DNA of 64,000 bases, taken from Polyangium mundeleinium (lineage in GTDB: Bacteria > Myxococcota_A > Polyangia > Polyangiales > Polyangiaceae). The position numbers and the translations under genes are program-made. The notes under the pieces were generated by a model that was not told where the DNA came from, did no database searches, and saw only the letters and a program-made list of their open reading frames with translations. Below, piece by piece: positions 28,876 to 48,331 of this stretch. The stretch is taken from positions 1,843,711-1,907,710 of the forward strand of contig NZ_JAQNDO010000001.1 of assembly GCF_028369105.1 (NCBI RefSeq). The letters run 5' to 3'. Position 1 is the first letter of the stretch; every line of letters begins with the position of its first letter.

Positions 28876-30798
28876 TTACTTGCAGCGCGGAGGGAGCGCG
28901 GCCTTTGCACTGCTGGCGCCGATCGACGCCGCCGAGTCCGCGATGGGCTTGCCCGCGCACCCCTTGGACTTCACCTCACGCGCGGCCGAGGCGTCGATCG
29001 CCGAGAGCGCCTTGCTCCGCTTGGGCCCGGTGCACGAGCGGTACTGGCTGATCGCCATCGTCGTGTTGCCGCCATACGCATACGTGATCGCCGCGTCGCA
29101 GGCCTTGTCGCCCGCGGCGTCGACCTTCGGGCCGCTGCCCGAGCCCGAGGCCGTCGTCGCCGCGGAGCCGGAGCCCGCGTTTGATCCGGTGTTCGAGCCC
29201 GTGGTTTGTCCGGACTGCGCCGAACCACCCGCGGAGGAGGCCGTCCCCGCGACACCCGCGCTGTCCGCCGGATTCGCCGTCGGATCGGAGGCGACCACGA
29301 CAGTCGTGGGGGCCGCGGACGGCATCAGGATGACCTCGCCATCGCCGCCGCTCTTGCTGCTGCGGGTCGCGAAGATCGCGATCACGATCCCGATCACGAC
29401 GAGCGCGCCGATGCCCGCGATGATCGGCATCGGGCTGCTCTTTTGCTGCTGCCTACCGCCCATCGGCGGAGGCGGCGGCGCGGCGTAGGCCGGTCCGCCC
29501 ATCTGCATGGGCGCGTGGCCGTGCTGCGGCGGCATCGACACGACCGGCATCGGCCCCGGTGTCATCGCGGCCGCGCTGGGACCCGTGTCGACCATCGTTC
29601 GACCCCCCGGCGCGCTCGGCGCTCCTTGCGCGAAGAGCGGCTCACCGATCTGCGTGCCGCCGGGACGCGCGGGCATCGGGCCGCTCGGCATGCCTTGCAT
29701 CTGCCCGCTCGGCATCCCGTACTGTCCGCTTGGCATGCCGGGCATCTGTCCGCTCGGCATCCCGTACTGTCCGCTCGGCAGGCCTGGCATCGCCGCGGTG
29801 CCCGCGACTTGCTGCTGACCCGTCGCACCCCCAACCATCGACGCGCGCCCGGCTCCGATCGAGATCTCATCGTAGAACTCGCGCACGGACGACTGGCGCT
29901 TGTTCTTGTCCTTCTCGAGCGCGCGCATGATCGCGGTCTTCATCTTCGGCGGCACTTGCGCGCCGAGCGGCGTCACCTCGAAGGGCGAGGGCTGCGCCGT
30001 GAGGTGCTGCGTGGCCCAGGCCCACGGCGTGTCTGCGTCGAAGGGCAGCCGCCCGGTGAGCATCTCGTAGGCGACGATCGCGAGCGAGTAGACGTCGCTG
30101 CGCGCGTCGAGCTCCTGCCCGCGGAACTGCTCGGGGCTCATGTACGGCGGGGTGCCGAGCACCGTGCCTTGCTGCGTGAGCTTCTGCTCCTTCGAGTCGG
30201 GCCGCTCGCCGCGTTTGGCGATGCCGAAGTCGAGCACCTTCACGAAATCGTCGCCGTCGATCTTCGTGAGGAAGAGGTTCGCGGGCTTGAGATCGCGGTG
30301 CACGATCCCCTTGCTGTGCGCCTCTTGGAGCGAGCCTGCGGCCTGTCCGATGATCTTGTCGACGCGCTCGGGCGGCATCGGTCCCTTGTGCGCGAGCTCG
30401 TCCTCGAGCGGACTTCCTTCGAGCAGCTCCATCGCGATGTAGAGCTCGCCGGTGTTCGTCTGCCCGAAGTCCCAAACTTGGATCGTGTTCGGGTGCTTGA
30501 GCTCGGCGACGGTGCCGCACTCGCGGTTGAAGCGCGCGAGCACTTGCGGATCCTTCGCGTACTGCGCGAGGAGCGTCTTGACCGCGGCCTTTCGGACCGT
30601 CGTGCCCATCTGCTGCTCGGCGGTGTAGACGCGGCCCATGCCGCCTTCACCGAGCACGCCCGTGATGCGGTAGCGACCGCCCACGATCGACCCGATCAAC
30701 GGGTCTTCTTCGGAAGGCGCTGAGGGCAGCGGCGCTCCGCATTTGGCGCAGAAGCGCGCTCCATCGATGTTCGCGTGTTGACAGGCGGGACACTCCAT
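28876..30798 (-). CDS. Ser/Thr protein kinase with N-terminal zinc ribbon, Pro/Met/Gly-rich repeats, one TM and Cys-containing extracytoplasmic tail
   Basis: CPACQ...CAKCG zinc ribbon, then a Hanks kinase domain (HRDLKPANLF, DFGIAK). PSGQMPGM repeats and one TM helix follow. Confidence 0.85.
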   Translation of the reverse strand: MECPACQHANIDGARFCAKCGAPLPSAPSEEDPLIGSIVGGRYRITGVLGEGGMGRVYTAEQQMGTTVRKAAVKTLLAQYAKDPQVLARFNRECGTVAELKHPNTIQVWDFGQTNTGELYIAMELLEGSPLEDELAHKGPMPPERVDKIIGQAAGSLQEAHSKGIVHRDLKPANLFLTKIDGDDFVKVLDFGIAKRGERPDSKEQKLTQQGTVLGTPPYMSPEQFRGQELDARSDVYSLAIVAYEMLTGRLPFDADTPWAWATQHLTAQPSPFEVTPLGAQVPPKMKTAIMRALEKDKNKRQSSVREFYDEISIGAGRASMVGGATGQQQVAGTAAMPGLPSGQYGMPSGQMPGMPSGQYGMPSGQMQGMPSGPMPARPGGTQIGEPLFAQGAPSAPGGRTMVDTGPSAAAMTPGPMPVVSMPPQHGHAPMQMGGPAYAAPPPPPMGGRQQQKSSPMPIIAGIGALVVIGIVIAIFATRSSKSGGDGEVILMPSAAPTTVVVASDPTANPADSAGVAGTASSAGGSAQSGQTTGSNTGSNAGSGSAATTASGSGSGPKVDAAGDKACDAAITYAYGGNTTMAISQYRSCTGPKRSKALSAIDASAAREVKSKGCAGKPIADSAASIGASSAKAALPPRCK

Positions 30799-31006
30799 GA
30801 TGCGGCGCGAGCATCGCAAGAGGCGCGCGTGTGGTGCAAGAAGTTGCGGCAGGACGCGTCGCGAGGATCGTGCCTCGCCTGTCTGGTCTCACGCGGGTTC
30901 GCGATCCAGCGTGCCGGGGGAGGTGACCCTGCCGGGTCTCCCGTGGATTCCGGCCTCTCGAGCGCGGCTGGGGTCCCGCTCCAAACAACAAAACCTTCCA
31001 TCCGGC

Positions 31007-31035
31007 TTGACATGTCAAAAGCAAGGGGCTAAGAG
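31007..31035 (+). promoter_or_regulatory. Candidate sigma-70 promoter of the tRNA-tuf operon
   Basis: TTGACA (inside the palindrome TTGACATGTCAA), a 17-nt spacer, and TAAGAG lie ~45 nt upstream of the first tRNA. Confidence 0.4.
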
Positions 31036-31081
31036 CCTGCTCCCCTTTGACGGGACACGTCTGTCTTCGAGGGAGGAACTC

Positions 31082-31157
31082 GCTGGCGTAGCTCAACCGG
31101 TAGAGCACCTGCCTTGTAAGCAGGGGGTTAGGGGTTCAAGTCCCCTCGTCAGCTCCA
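31082..31157 (+). tRNA. tRNA-Thr (anticodon TGT)
   Basis: Cloverleaf folds with a 7-bp acceptor stem, anticodon loop CTTGTAA and encoded CCA. Confidence 0.9.
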
Positions 31158-31279
31158 CCGGACGTCAGAGGCGGAAGGCTCGGACGAACGAGATCTAAAA
31201 ATCTCAGGAGACGAACCGACCGAAACAGAGTAGAGAGGGGACCCGCGAGCCCTTGGATCTCGCGAGACGTTGAAAATCT

Positions 31280-31364
<85 letters not shown>

Positions 31365-31450
31365 GAGACGCCGATGAGGCGCCTCGACCCGCGGAGTCGG
31401 ACAGTCGGTACGTAGACGAGGCCGGGGGGACTCCTCCCCGTTCTCTATCT

Positions 31451-31525
31451 GCGGGCGTAGCTCAGTTGGTAGAGCGTCAGCCTTCCAAGCTGAACGTCGC
31501 CGGTTCGAACCCGGTCGCCCGCTCC
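31451..31525 (+). tRNA. tRNA-Gly (anticodon TCC)
   Basis: Acceptor stem GCGGGCG/CGCCCGC and anticodon loop CTTCCAA. Confidence 0.9.
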
Positions 31526-31541
31526 GCCGGACCGGCTCCAT

Positions 31542-31617
31542 GCCCACCTAGCTCAGTTGGTAGAGCACGTCCTTGGTAAGGACGAGGTCGTCGGTTCAAT
31601 CCCGATGGTGGGCTCCA
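31542..31617 (+). tRNA. tRNA-Thr (anticodon GGT)
   Basis: Acceptor stem GCCCACC/GGTGGGC, anticodon loop TTGGTAA, CCA encoded. Confidence 0.9.
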
Positions 31618-31681
31618 GCAAGCGCAAGGAAAGGACAGCGAGCGCGACCGTCTCGGTCGGCAACCGTCAGGAGCAAGAACG

Positions 31682-32872
<1,191 letters not shown>

Positions 32873-32878
32873 CGAGGC

Positions 32879-33079
32879 ATGATGTCGGTGCAGGGCGGCG
32901 GGTCCGGTGGCAGCGGTGGGGCCACGGGAGAACGAGGGACACGCATCCCGATCTCGCTGGCCTGCACCGAGTGTACGGCAAGAAACTACAAGACGACCAA
33001 AGCTCCCGGCGACTACGTGGAACTGAAGAAGTTCTGCAAGCAGTGCAAGAAGCACACGCTGCACCGGGAGACGAAGTAG
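32879..33079 (+). CDS. rpmG: 50S ribosomal protein L33 (C4 zinc type) with Gly-rich N-terminus
   Basis: [19 protein letters not shown]...CKQCKKHT. The start codon is uncertain. Confidence 0.8.
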   Translation: MMSVQGGGSGGSGGATGERGTRIPISLACTECTARNYKTTKAPGDYVELKKFCKQCKKHTLHRETK

Positions 33080-33140
33080 TCAGATCCGAAGTAGACGAAC
33101 TGCTCGGCTCGTGGCATCAGTCCCGGGTCGAGCAGGTTGA

Positions 33141-33216
33141 AGGGGTATAGCTCAGCTGGTAGAGCAGCGGATTCCAAATCCGCAGGTCGGGAGTTCGAGC
33201 CTCTCTGCCCCTGCCC
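33141..33216 (+). tRNA. tRNA-Trp (anticodon CCA)
   Basis: Acceptor stem AGGGGTA/TGCCCCT and anticodon loop TTCCAAA. Confidence 0.9.
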
Positions 33217-33348
33217 ATGACGGCTCCTCCTTTCGCTGCCTGTTCAGCATCAGGTAGGGGCCACACGAAACGCCTCGCTCGGCCTCGCGGAAGCGAGCGG
33301 GCGAGGCGTAGATGTCGGTGACGCTGCTCGAAGCGGGATCCGACACGT

Positions 33349-34023
33349 TTGGGACGAACGGCGATGGCGACACGACGAGAGAAAGACGAGGCACGGAAGG
33401 CCCAGAAAAAGGGCTCTGCGCCGGAGTCTGCCCCGGACTCGGGTGCGGACGCCTCGCTTGCGGTGCGCAAGGGGAGCGATCTCGACGTGTCGCCGAGCGC
33501 GGACGAAGCCGGTGAAGAGCACGACGACGCTGCTGCGGAGGGCCCGGAGGGGCAAGCGCAGGACGAAGGGGCCGGCGAAGACGCCGAGGCCGCGGCGGCG
33601 CGGCCACTCGGGAGCGACCGCTACGTGATGGCGGGGTTCTTCGGAGCGGCGATCCTCGGCGCGTACGTGCTTGGCAAGGCCATCCACGGGATCTGGGGCA
33701 ACCTCTCGAACCGGGACTGGTTCAGCCGTGCGGTGCCTGCAGTCGCGGCAGTCGCGGACGAGGACAAGGCGACGTATGCGACCGTCATCGCGGGCGTCGT
33801 CGCGGTCATCGTCACGCTGCGGACCTATCGTCGTCCCGATGTGCGGGAGTGGACGGACGAGGTCGCTTCGGAGCTGATCAAGGTCAAGTGGCCGACCAAG
33901 AAGGACGTCACGAACTCAACCATGGTGGTCATTGCGGCGAGCGCCGTGGCCACCCTCTATCTCGCGCTGCTCGACCGGTTGTGGTCGTTCGTGACGGGCA
34001 TCGTCTACGGCACTGGGAGCTAG
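33349..34023 (+). CDS. secE: Preprotein translocase SecE with acidic N-terminal extension
   Basis: The C-terminal TM region WPTKKDVTNSTMVVI is SecE-like, and the gene has the conserved position upstream of nusG. Alternative start at 33364. Confidence 0.8.
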   Translation: MGRTAMATRREKDEARKAQKKGSAPESAPDSGADASLAVRKGSDLDVSPSADEAGEEHDDAAAEGPEGQAQDEGAGEDAEAAAARPLGSDRYVMAGFFGAAILGAYVLGKAIHGIWGNLSNRDWFSRAVPAVAAVADEDKATYATVIAGVVAVIVTLRTYRRPDVREWTDEVASELIKVKWPTKKDVTNSTMVVIAASAVATLYLALLDRLWSFVTGIVYGTGS

Positions 34024-34045
34024 AGCCGTTCGGGAGCCACGCGCC

Positions 34046-34576
34046 ATGGCGAAGAAGTGGTACGTCATTCATACCTACTCGGGCTACGAGGCGAAGGTGC
34101 GTGATGCGCTCCAACAGCGCGCGAAGCAGCACGGCCTCGAGGACAAGATTGGCGAGGTCCTGATCCCGAGTGAAACGGTCACGGAGAACCGCCCGGGGGG
34201 CAAGCAACGGGTTCGTCAGAAGCTCAGCTTGCCTGGCTACATCTTCGCCGAAATGGAGATGAGCGAGACGGTGTGGCACCTCGTGAAGGACACACCGAAG
34301 GTGACGGGCTTCATCGGCAACCAGACGCCGCAAGAGGTCCCGGCCCCGCAGATCGAGAGTCTGCGTCGAGGCATTGTGGAGGGCGCAGTCAAGCCGAAGC
34401 CCAAGCTCACGTTCGAGGTCGGCGAGGAGGTTCGCGTGCTCGACGGCGCGTTCGCCAACTTCACCGGGACCGTGGACGACGTGAAGATGGATAAGCAGAA
34501 GCTGAAGGTCAAGGTGTCGATCTTCGGCCGTCCGACCAGCGTGGAGCTCGATTTTTCGGCGGTAGAGAAGCGCTGA
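34046..34576 (+). CDS. nusG: Transcription antitermination factor NusG
   Basis: KWYVIHTYSGYE NGN domain and a C-terminal KOW domain. Confidence 0.95.
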   Translation: MAKKWYVIHTYSGYEAKVRDALQQRAKQHGLEDKIGEVLIPSETVTENRPGGKQRVRQKLSLPGYIFAEMEMSETVWHLVKDTPKVTGFIGNQTPQEVPAPQIESLRRGIVEGAVKPKPKLTFEVGEEVRVLDGAFANFTGTVDDVKMDKQKLKVKVSIFGRPTSVELDFSAVEKR

Positions 34577-34631
34577 GCGACGTTCCGGGTCGGAACGAAC
34601 AAGGTAGACGCAGCACAGAACGGGTAAAGCA

Positions 34632-35075
34632 ATGGCGAAGAAGGTCACCGGGTACGTCAAGCTTCAGCTCCCTGCGGGGAAGGCCAACCCCTCGCCGCCG
34701 GTCGGTCCTGCGCTCGGCCAGCACGGCGTGAACATCATGGCGTTCTGCAAGGACTTCAACTCGCGGACCGCCTCGCAGGGCGACATGATCATCCCGGTGG
34801 TGATCACGGTCTATTCGGACCGGTCGTTCACGTTCATCTTGAAGACGCCGCCCGCGTCGGTCCTTCTCAAGAAGGCTGCGGGGCTGGAGACCAAGAAGAA
34901 GCCTGGTTCGGGTTCGAAGGAGCCGAACAAGACGAAGGTCGGCCAGGTGACGCGCAAGCAGCTGCAGGAGCTTGCGCAGATGAAGATGCAGGACATGAAC
35001 ACGACGAACCTCGAGTCGGCGATGCGCAGCATGGCGGGCACGGCCCGCTCGATGGGTATCTCGATCGTCGACTGA
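34632..35075 (+). CDS. rplK: 50S ribosomal protein L11
   Basis: [25 protein letters not shown]. Confidence 0.95.
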   Translation: MAKKVTGYVKLQLPAGKANPSPPVGPALGQHGVNIMAFCKDFNSRTASQGDMIIPVVITVYSDRSFTFILKTPPASVLLKKAAGLETKKKPGSGSKEPNKTKVGQVTRKQLQELAQMKMQDMNTTNLESAMRSMAGTARSMGISIVD

Positions 35076-35246
35076 GTCGTCCACCGCGCGCTCTGCTGCA
35101 TCTCCGTTTGGCGGAGAAGCCGGCAGCGGGCGCGCGGCCGCGTGAAAACGCGGCTCTACAAGAGCACCCCCCCACGTTGGGAGGAGAGCACCACGGTTAA
35201 AAACGGCGCACCGTGGGAGGCGTAAGCCGATAAAACAGGAGGGCAG

Positions 35247-35957
35247 ATGCCGAAAGTCGCCAAGAAACGCGCTGCGGCCCAGGCCATGGTGGACCGCACG
35301 CGCAAGTACACGCTGCAAGAAGCGTGTGCGCTCGTAAAACAGGCCGCATCGGCGAAGTTCGACGAGACCGTCGATATCGCTGTGCGGCTGGGCGTGAACC
35401 CGCGTCACGCGGACCAGATGGTTCGTGGCGCTGTGGTCATGCCGGCCGGAACGGGCCAGTCGGTCCGCGTCCTCGTCTTCGCCAAGGGCGAAAAGGCGAA
35501 GGAAGCGGAAGCGGCGGGCGCCGATTTCGTCGGTGAGGCCGACCTGGTGAACAAGATCCAGGAAGGCTTCATGGACTTCGACCGCGTGATCGCTACGCCC
35601 GACATGATGGGCTTGGTCGGTAAGCTCGGTCGTATCCTCGGTCCGCGAGGCCTCATGCCGAACCCGAAGGTCGGCACCGTCACCGTCGATGTGAAGACGG
35701 CGGTGTCCGAAGCGAAGGCCGGCAAGGTGGAGTACCGAGTCGAGAAGGCGGGCATCGTGCACGCTCGGATCGGCAAGGTCTCCTTCAAGGAGGACGCGCT
35801 CGCCAAGAACGCGGAGGCCTTGATCCAGGCTCTCATCCGCGCGAAGCCGTCGACGGCGAAGGGGATTTATCTCCGGAGCATCACGATGTCTTCGACGATG
35901 GGGCCGGGCGTCCGGATCGACCCTGTGCACCTCAGCGACAAGGGTGAGGAGGGCTGA
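35247..35957 (+). CDS. rplA: 50S ribosomal protein L1
   Basis: L1 family. It is preceded by a 170-nt structured leader that may be an L1 autoregulatory site. Confidence 0.95.
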   Translation: MPKVAKKRAAAQAMVDRTRKYTLQEACALVKQAASAKFDETVDIAVRLGVNPRHADQMVRGAVVMPAGTGQSVRVLVFAKGEKAKEAEAAGADFVGEADLVNKIQEGFMDFDRVIATPDMMGLVGKLGRILGPRGLMPNPKVGTVTVDVKTAVSEAKAGKVEYRVEKAGIVHARIGKVSFKEDALAKNAEALIQALIRAKPSTAKGIYLRSITMSSTMGPGVRIDPVHLSDKGEEG

Positions 35958-35959
35958 TC

Positions 35960-36496
35960 ATGGAGCGCACGGAGAAAGAGGCTCTGGTCGGCGAGGTCAA
36001 GCAGCGCTTCGATCGCATGACCTCGGCGGTCTTCCTCGACTTCACGGGTCTCAACGTCGCCGTGGTCACGAAGCTGCGCGACGAGTTCCGGAAGGCGGGC
36101 GTCGAGTATCGAGTCGTGAAAAACACGCTCGTTCGTCACGCGATCAAGCATCACGCGTGGTCAAAGAAGCTCGACGATACGCTGGTCGGGATGACCGGGA
36201 TTGCCTGGAGTTACGAAGATCCCAGCGCGGCCGCGAAGGTCGTCAAGGCCTTCCGCAAGGAAAAGGAACACGAGAAGCTGAAGATCAAGGCGGGTCTCAT
36301 CGAGGGTCAGATTCTCGACGCCGAGGGCGTGGAGAATCAGCTCGCGACGATGCCCGGCAAGGACGAGCTCAGGGCGACGCTGCTTGCCACGTTGCAGGCG
36401 CCTCTCCAGCAGTTCTTGCAGCAGCTCAATGCGCCTCTTCAGAACTTCGCGTACCTGTTGAAGGCCAAGGAGGACGCGGCGGGCGGGGCGGGCTGA
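35960..36496 (+). CDS. rplJ: 50S ribosomal protein L10
   Basis: L10 family. It starts 2 nt after the rplA stop, so there is no separate L10 leader. Confidence 0.9.
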   Translation: MERTEKEALVGEVKQRFDRMTSAVFLDFTGLNVAVVTKLRDEFRKAGVEYRVVKNTLVRHAIKHHAWSKKLDDTLVGMTGIAWSYEDPSAAAKVVKAFRKEKEHEKLKIKAGLIEGQILDAEGVENQLATMPGKDELRATLLATLQAPLQQFLQQLNAPLQNFAYLLKAKEDAAGGAG

Positions 36497-36577
36497 GCCC
36501 ACGTTCCGAGTCCGATCGTGGTCGGGGCGATGGGGGAACGGACTTGGTCCGGAGCTCCAAACGCTCGACCAGTGAGA

Positions 36578-36604
36578 AAGGGCATTGCGCCCTTCGGGTT
36601 TTGA
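36578..36604 (+). terminator. Hairpin plus T-run (AAGGGCattgcGCCCTTcgggTTTT) between rplJ and rplL; candidate attenuator
   Basis: Read from the sequence. Confidence 0.4.
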
Positions 36605-36669
36605 TCTACAGACGCGCCCCGGGGTACTCATCCCACCGCGGCGCGCAGACGGTTTGAAGGAGTCTCGTC

Positions 36670-37056
36670 ATGGCTGAGATCACGCGGGAGCAGGTCGTCG
36701 ATTACCTTTCCAACCTGCCGGTCATCCAGATCGCCGAGCTCATCAAGGAGCTCGAGAACAAGTGGGGCGTGAAGGCTGCGCCGGCGGCGGTGGCGGTTGC
36801 TGCTGGCCCGGCGGCTGCGGCCGAGGCGCCGAAGGCCGAGGAGAAGACCGAGTTCGACGTTGTCCTGGCGAACGCCGGTGGCAACAAGATCGCGGTCATC
36901 AAGGCGGTCCGTGAGATCACGGGCCTTGGCCTCAAGGAGGCGAAGGACCTGGTCGAGGGCGCGCCCAAGAACGTGAAGGAAGCGGTCTCCAAGGCCGACG
37001 CCGAGGAGATGAAGAAGAAGCTCGCCGAGGCAGGTGCAACGGTCGAGCTCAAGTAA
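36670..37056 (+). CDS. rplL: 50S ribosomal protein L7/L12
   Basis: [23 protein letters not shown]...[13 protein letters not shown]. Confidence 0.95.
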   Translation: MAEITREQVVDYLSNLPVIQIAELIKELENKWGVKAAPAAVAVAAGPAAAAEAPKAEEKTEFDVVLANAGGNKIAVIKAVREITGLGLKEAKDLVEGAPKNVKEAVSKADAEEMKKKLAEAGATVELK

Positions 37057-37105
37057 GGATCCGAGCTTCCCGTTCAGGGACAGCGCGATCCGCCATGCGA
37101 CGGCG

Positions 37106-37146
37106 GCAGGGGCGAACGTCCCTGCCGCGCGTCGAGTTTTGTCTTT
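37106..37146 (+). terminator. rplL-rpoB intergenic attenuator-like hairpin (GGCAGGG...CCCTGCC) followed by GAGTTTTGTCTTT
   Basis: Read from the sequence. It is analogous to the known rplL-rpoB attenuator position in other bacteria. Confidence 0.4.
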
Positions 37147-37328
37147 GGGGGGTTTGCTGCTGCGTCTGTCGCGTGATTCGAGCGCGTCTTCCAGGTCGCG
37201 GTAGCGCAGCCGAGTTTGTCCGTCGCCGGGACCTTTGATGGCTGTTTCGTAGCTTCGAGGCTGATGCTCGGTTCGTGGAGCGCGCGGGGATCGAGCCCTG
37301 TGCACCCGTAGGAGCCGGAGGAATATCG

Positions 37329-41456
<4,128 letters not shown>

Positions 41457-41462
41457 TGCCGA

Positions 41463-45794
<4,332 letters not shown>

Positions 45795-45846
45795 GGTGCA
45801 GGGGAGGGGGGTCGTCGTCGCCGACGGCCTCCTGACCCCTTCGATG

Positions 45847-45888
45847 CACGCCCGCCCTGTCTTCAGGCGCGGGCGTGTGTTTTTTGTT
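45847..45888 (+). terminator. Rho-independent terminator after rpoC
   Basis: 9-bp GC stem CACGCCCGC/GCGGGCGTG with a 13-nt loop, followed by TGTTTTTTGTT. Confidence 0.7.
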
Positions 45889-45992
45889 CGGCCAGGTACG
45901 CGCCGTCCCGTGCTGATCCGCCGGATGACTGCTGTTTCGGCGGGTCTTGGGATACCCCGTCCTTGCGGACATGTACTATCTCTGCACTCGCG

Positions 45993-48170
45993 ATGTCCGT
46001 GCACGGCACCAACCAGCGTGTCGCTGATCGCCTGCTCTCCGAGGGCCGGATCGGGGCCGAAGAGCATCGGCGCGCCGTGGAGCACGCGAGCCGTCAGCGC
46101 GGCCGGATCGAGGACTCTCTCGTCGAGCTCGACATCATGCCCGAGGGAGATCTCCTCAAGTACGTCGCGACGCTGCACAACACGCGGTTCGTCTCGACCG
46201 AAAAGCTCGCGAAGGCCGCGATCGAGCCGCGCGTGCTCGGGCGCGTGCTGCCGAAGACCGCGAAGATGCACGGCGTCTTCCCGGTGCTGCTCGACGAGGC
46301 GAAGTCCGTGCTCTCGGTCGTCACCGCGGATCCCGACAACGACGCTGCGATCCACGAGGTGAAGCTCGCGGCGGGCGTGCGCGAGGTGCGCGCGCTCGTG
46401 GCCCGGCCGGCGGCGGTGCGCGCTGCGATCGCGCGGCACTACTTCAAGGATCCTTCGGCCTTCGAGGCGCTCCTCCGTCCGGTCACGACAAACGTCACGA
46501 CCGGCGATTTCATCGACATCGACCTCGGCCCTGCGCCCGCGCGACCTGCGACGGGGCCCATCCCGACGCCTGCCGCTTCGCCGCGCAATACGGCCGTGCA
46601 AGCGCCGCCGCCGCCGCGCGGGCCGATGCCGACGTCTCCCTCGGCGACCGGACAAACCAGCCCGTCTGGCGCGCGCGAGCAGACGCAGCCTTCGCCGAAC
46701 GCGGGCAGCACGCAGCCCTCGGCGAACGGCGGGCATGCGCCGAACGCGGCGAACGCGCAGACGTCGCCGACGGGAGGACACCCGCCGCCCCCGCAGGCGC
46801 GCTCGCTGACGGCGACCACGCCTTCGCCCACGCCGCCGCCTCCGCCCGTCCCGGTCCTCACGCCGATCGAGACCCACGAGTACATCGAGACGCTCAACGT
46901 CCTCGTGAGCTTGCTCGAAGCGAACCGCCAGGATCTTCGCGGCCACTCGGCCGTCGTCGCGCGCCTCTGCCGCCGCACGTGCGAGCGCATCGGCCTCGCG
47001 CCTGCCCACGTCGCGGCGTTCGTCGTCGCGGCCTACCTGCACGATCTCGGCAAGATGGGCGCGTATCACCTCACCGCGCTGAACGTCGCGGAGTACGAGG
47101 GCCACCGCGTCGCGGGCCTCAAGGCCGTCGCGCTCCCGGCGCAGCTCATGGGATCGGTCGGCTTGCCCGCGGAGACCGTGGCTGCGCTTCAGGCCATGTA
47201 CGAGCGGTACGACGGCCGCGGCTTGCCGCATGGCCTCGCGGGCAAGGAGATCCCGCTTGGCGCGCGGATCCTCGCCGTCGCGGACACCTACGCCGACCTC
47301 ACGCAGAACCCGCGCAACCCGTTCCGCAAGATCCTCCGCCCGGCCGAGGCGTGTGACGTGCTCGCTGGGTATCGCGGCACCGTCTTCGATCCGAACATCG
47401 TCGACCTCTTCCGGCACGAGGTCACGGGCGACGACATGCGCGCGCGGCTTTTGTCCGAGCGGTACACCGTGCTCGTCATCGATCCGGATCCCGAGGAGAC
47501 CACGGTGCTCGAACTCCGGCTCATCGAGCAGGGCTTCGAGGTGCGCGTCGCGCGGACCGTGGCGCAGGCGTGGCGCGAGCTCGAGGGCGGCGAGATCGCG
47601 GCCGTCGTCAGCGAGATCGACCTCGAAGAGCCGGAGATGGGCCTCGCGCTTCGTGCCGATGCGCAGAAGGAATCGTGGGGACGCGAGATCACGTGGGTGA
47701 TCCTCACGCGCAAGAACGACCGCCACAGCGCGCAGAAGGCCTTTGATCTCGGCGTCGACGATTTCGTCGCGAAGCCGACGTCCGCGGACATCTTTGCCGC
47801 GAAGTTACGTCAGCTCGTGGAGCGCCGCGTCGCGCGTGGCGGCGGGCGTGGCGTGGCGGGATCGCTCGCGGAGATGAGCATTCCGGACATGGTCCAGGTC
47901 CTCTGGCATGGCCGCAAGACGTGCGCGCTCCGGATCCAGACGGGCAAGAGCACGGGCGAGATCCACTTCGCCGAGGGGCAGATCGTGGACGCGCGCTGGG
48001 AGCAGGTCTTCGGTGAAGAAGCCTTCTACCGGATGCTCGCGCTGCACGAGGGCGAGTTCCGGCTCGAACCGGGCGTCGAGCCCTCGGGCCGCACGATCGC
48101 CGTCTCGCCCGAGGCGCTCTTGCTCGAAGGCATGCGCCGCCTCGACGAGGGCATGCTCCACGCTCCGTAA
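45993..48170 (+). CDS. Multidomain c-di-GMP-type signalling protein: MshEN(T2SSE_N)-like, Pro-rich linker, degenerate HD-GYP, REC, DUF4388
   Basis: Two MshEN-like RxxxxLxxxGxIxxxxLxxAL motifs. HD motif AAYLHDLGKMG is present, but the HHExxDGxGYP region reads MYERYDGRGLP. A receiver-like domain and C-terminal DUF4388 (MSIPDMVQVLWHGRKTCALRIQ...) follow. Alternative TTG start at 45963. Confidence 0.8.
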   Translation: MSVHGTNQRVADRLLSEGRIGAEEHRRAVEHASRQRGRIEDSLVELDIMPEGDLLKYVATLHNTRFVSTEKLAKAAIEPRVLGRVLPKTAKMHGVFPVLLDEAKSVLSVVTADPDNDAAIHEVKLAAGVREVRALVARPAAVRAAIARHYFKDPSAFEALLRPVTTNVTTGDFIDIDLGPAPARPATGPIPTPAASPRNTAVQAPPPPRGPMPTSPSATGQTSPSGAREQTQPSPNAGSTQPSANGGHAPNAANAQTSPTGGHPPPPQARSLTATTPSPTPPPPPVPVLTPIETHEYIETLNVLVSLLEANRQDLRGHSAVVARLCRRTCERIGLAPAHVAAFVVAAYLHDLGKMGAYHLTALNVAEYEGHRVAGLKAVALPAQLMGSVGLPAETVAALQAMYERYDGRGLPHGLAGKEIPLGARILAVADTYADLTQNPRNPFRKILRPAEACDVLAGYRGTVFDPNIVDLFRHEVTGDDMRARLLSERYTVLVIDPDPEETTVLELRLIEQGFEVRVARTVAQAWRELEGGEIAAVVSEIDLEEPEMGLALRADAQKESWGREITWVILTRKNDRHSAQKAFDLGVDDFVAKPTSADIFAAKLRQLVERRVARGGGRGVAGSLAEMSIPDMVQVLWHGRKTCALRIQTGKSTGEIHFAEGQIVDARWEQVFGEEAFYRMLALHEGEFRLEPGVEPSGRTIAVSPEALLLEGMRRLDEGMLHAP

Positions 48171-48331
48171 CGGGCGTTCCATCTCCGAGCTCGTTCTCGT
48201 GTTCTCCCGCCATCACCCGATCCGGGCGCGTGGCGACGCGTAGAATCGAGGAACCACGCGCTTTCATGGGGTCGCGCGTGGCGAAGCATCCTCGCTCGGC
48301 GCTGCCGGGCACTTGCCCTCGGAGAACCGCG

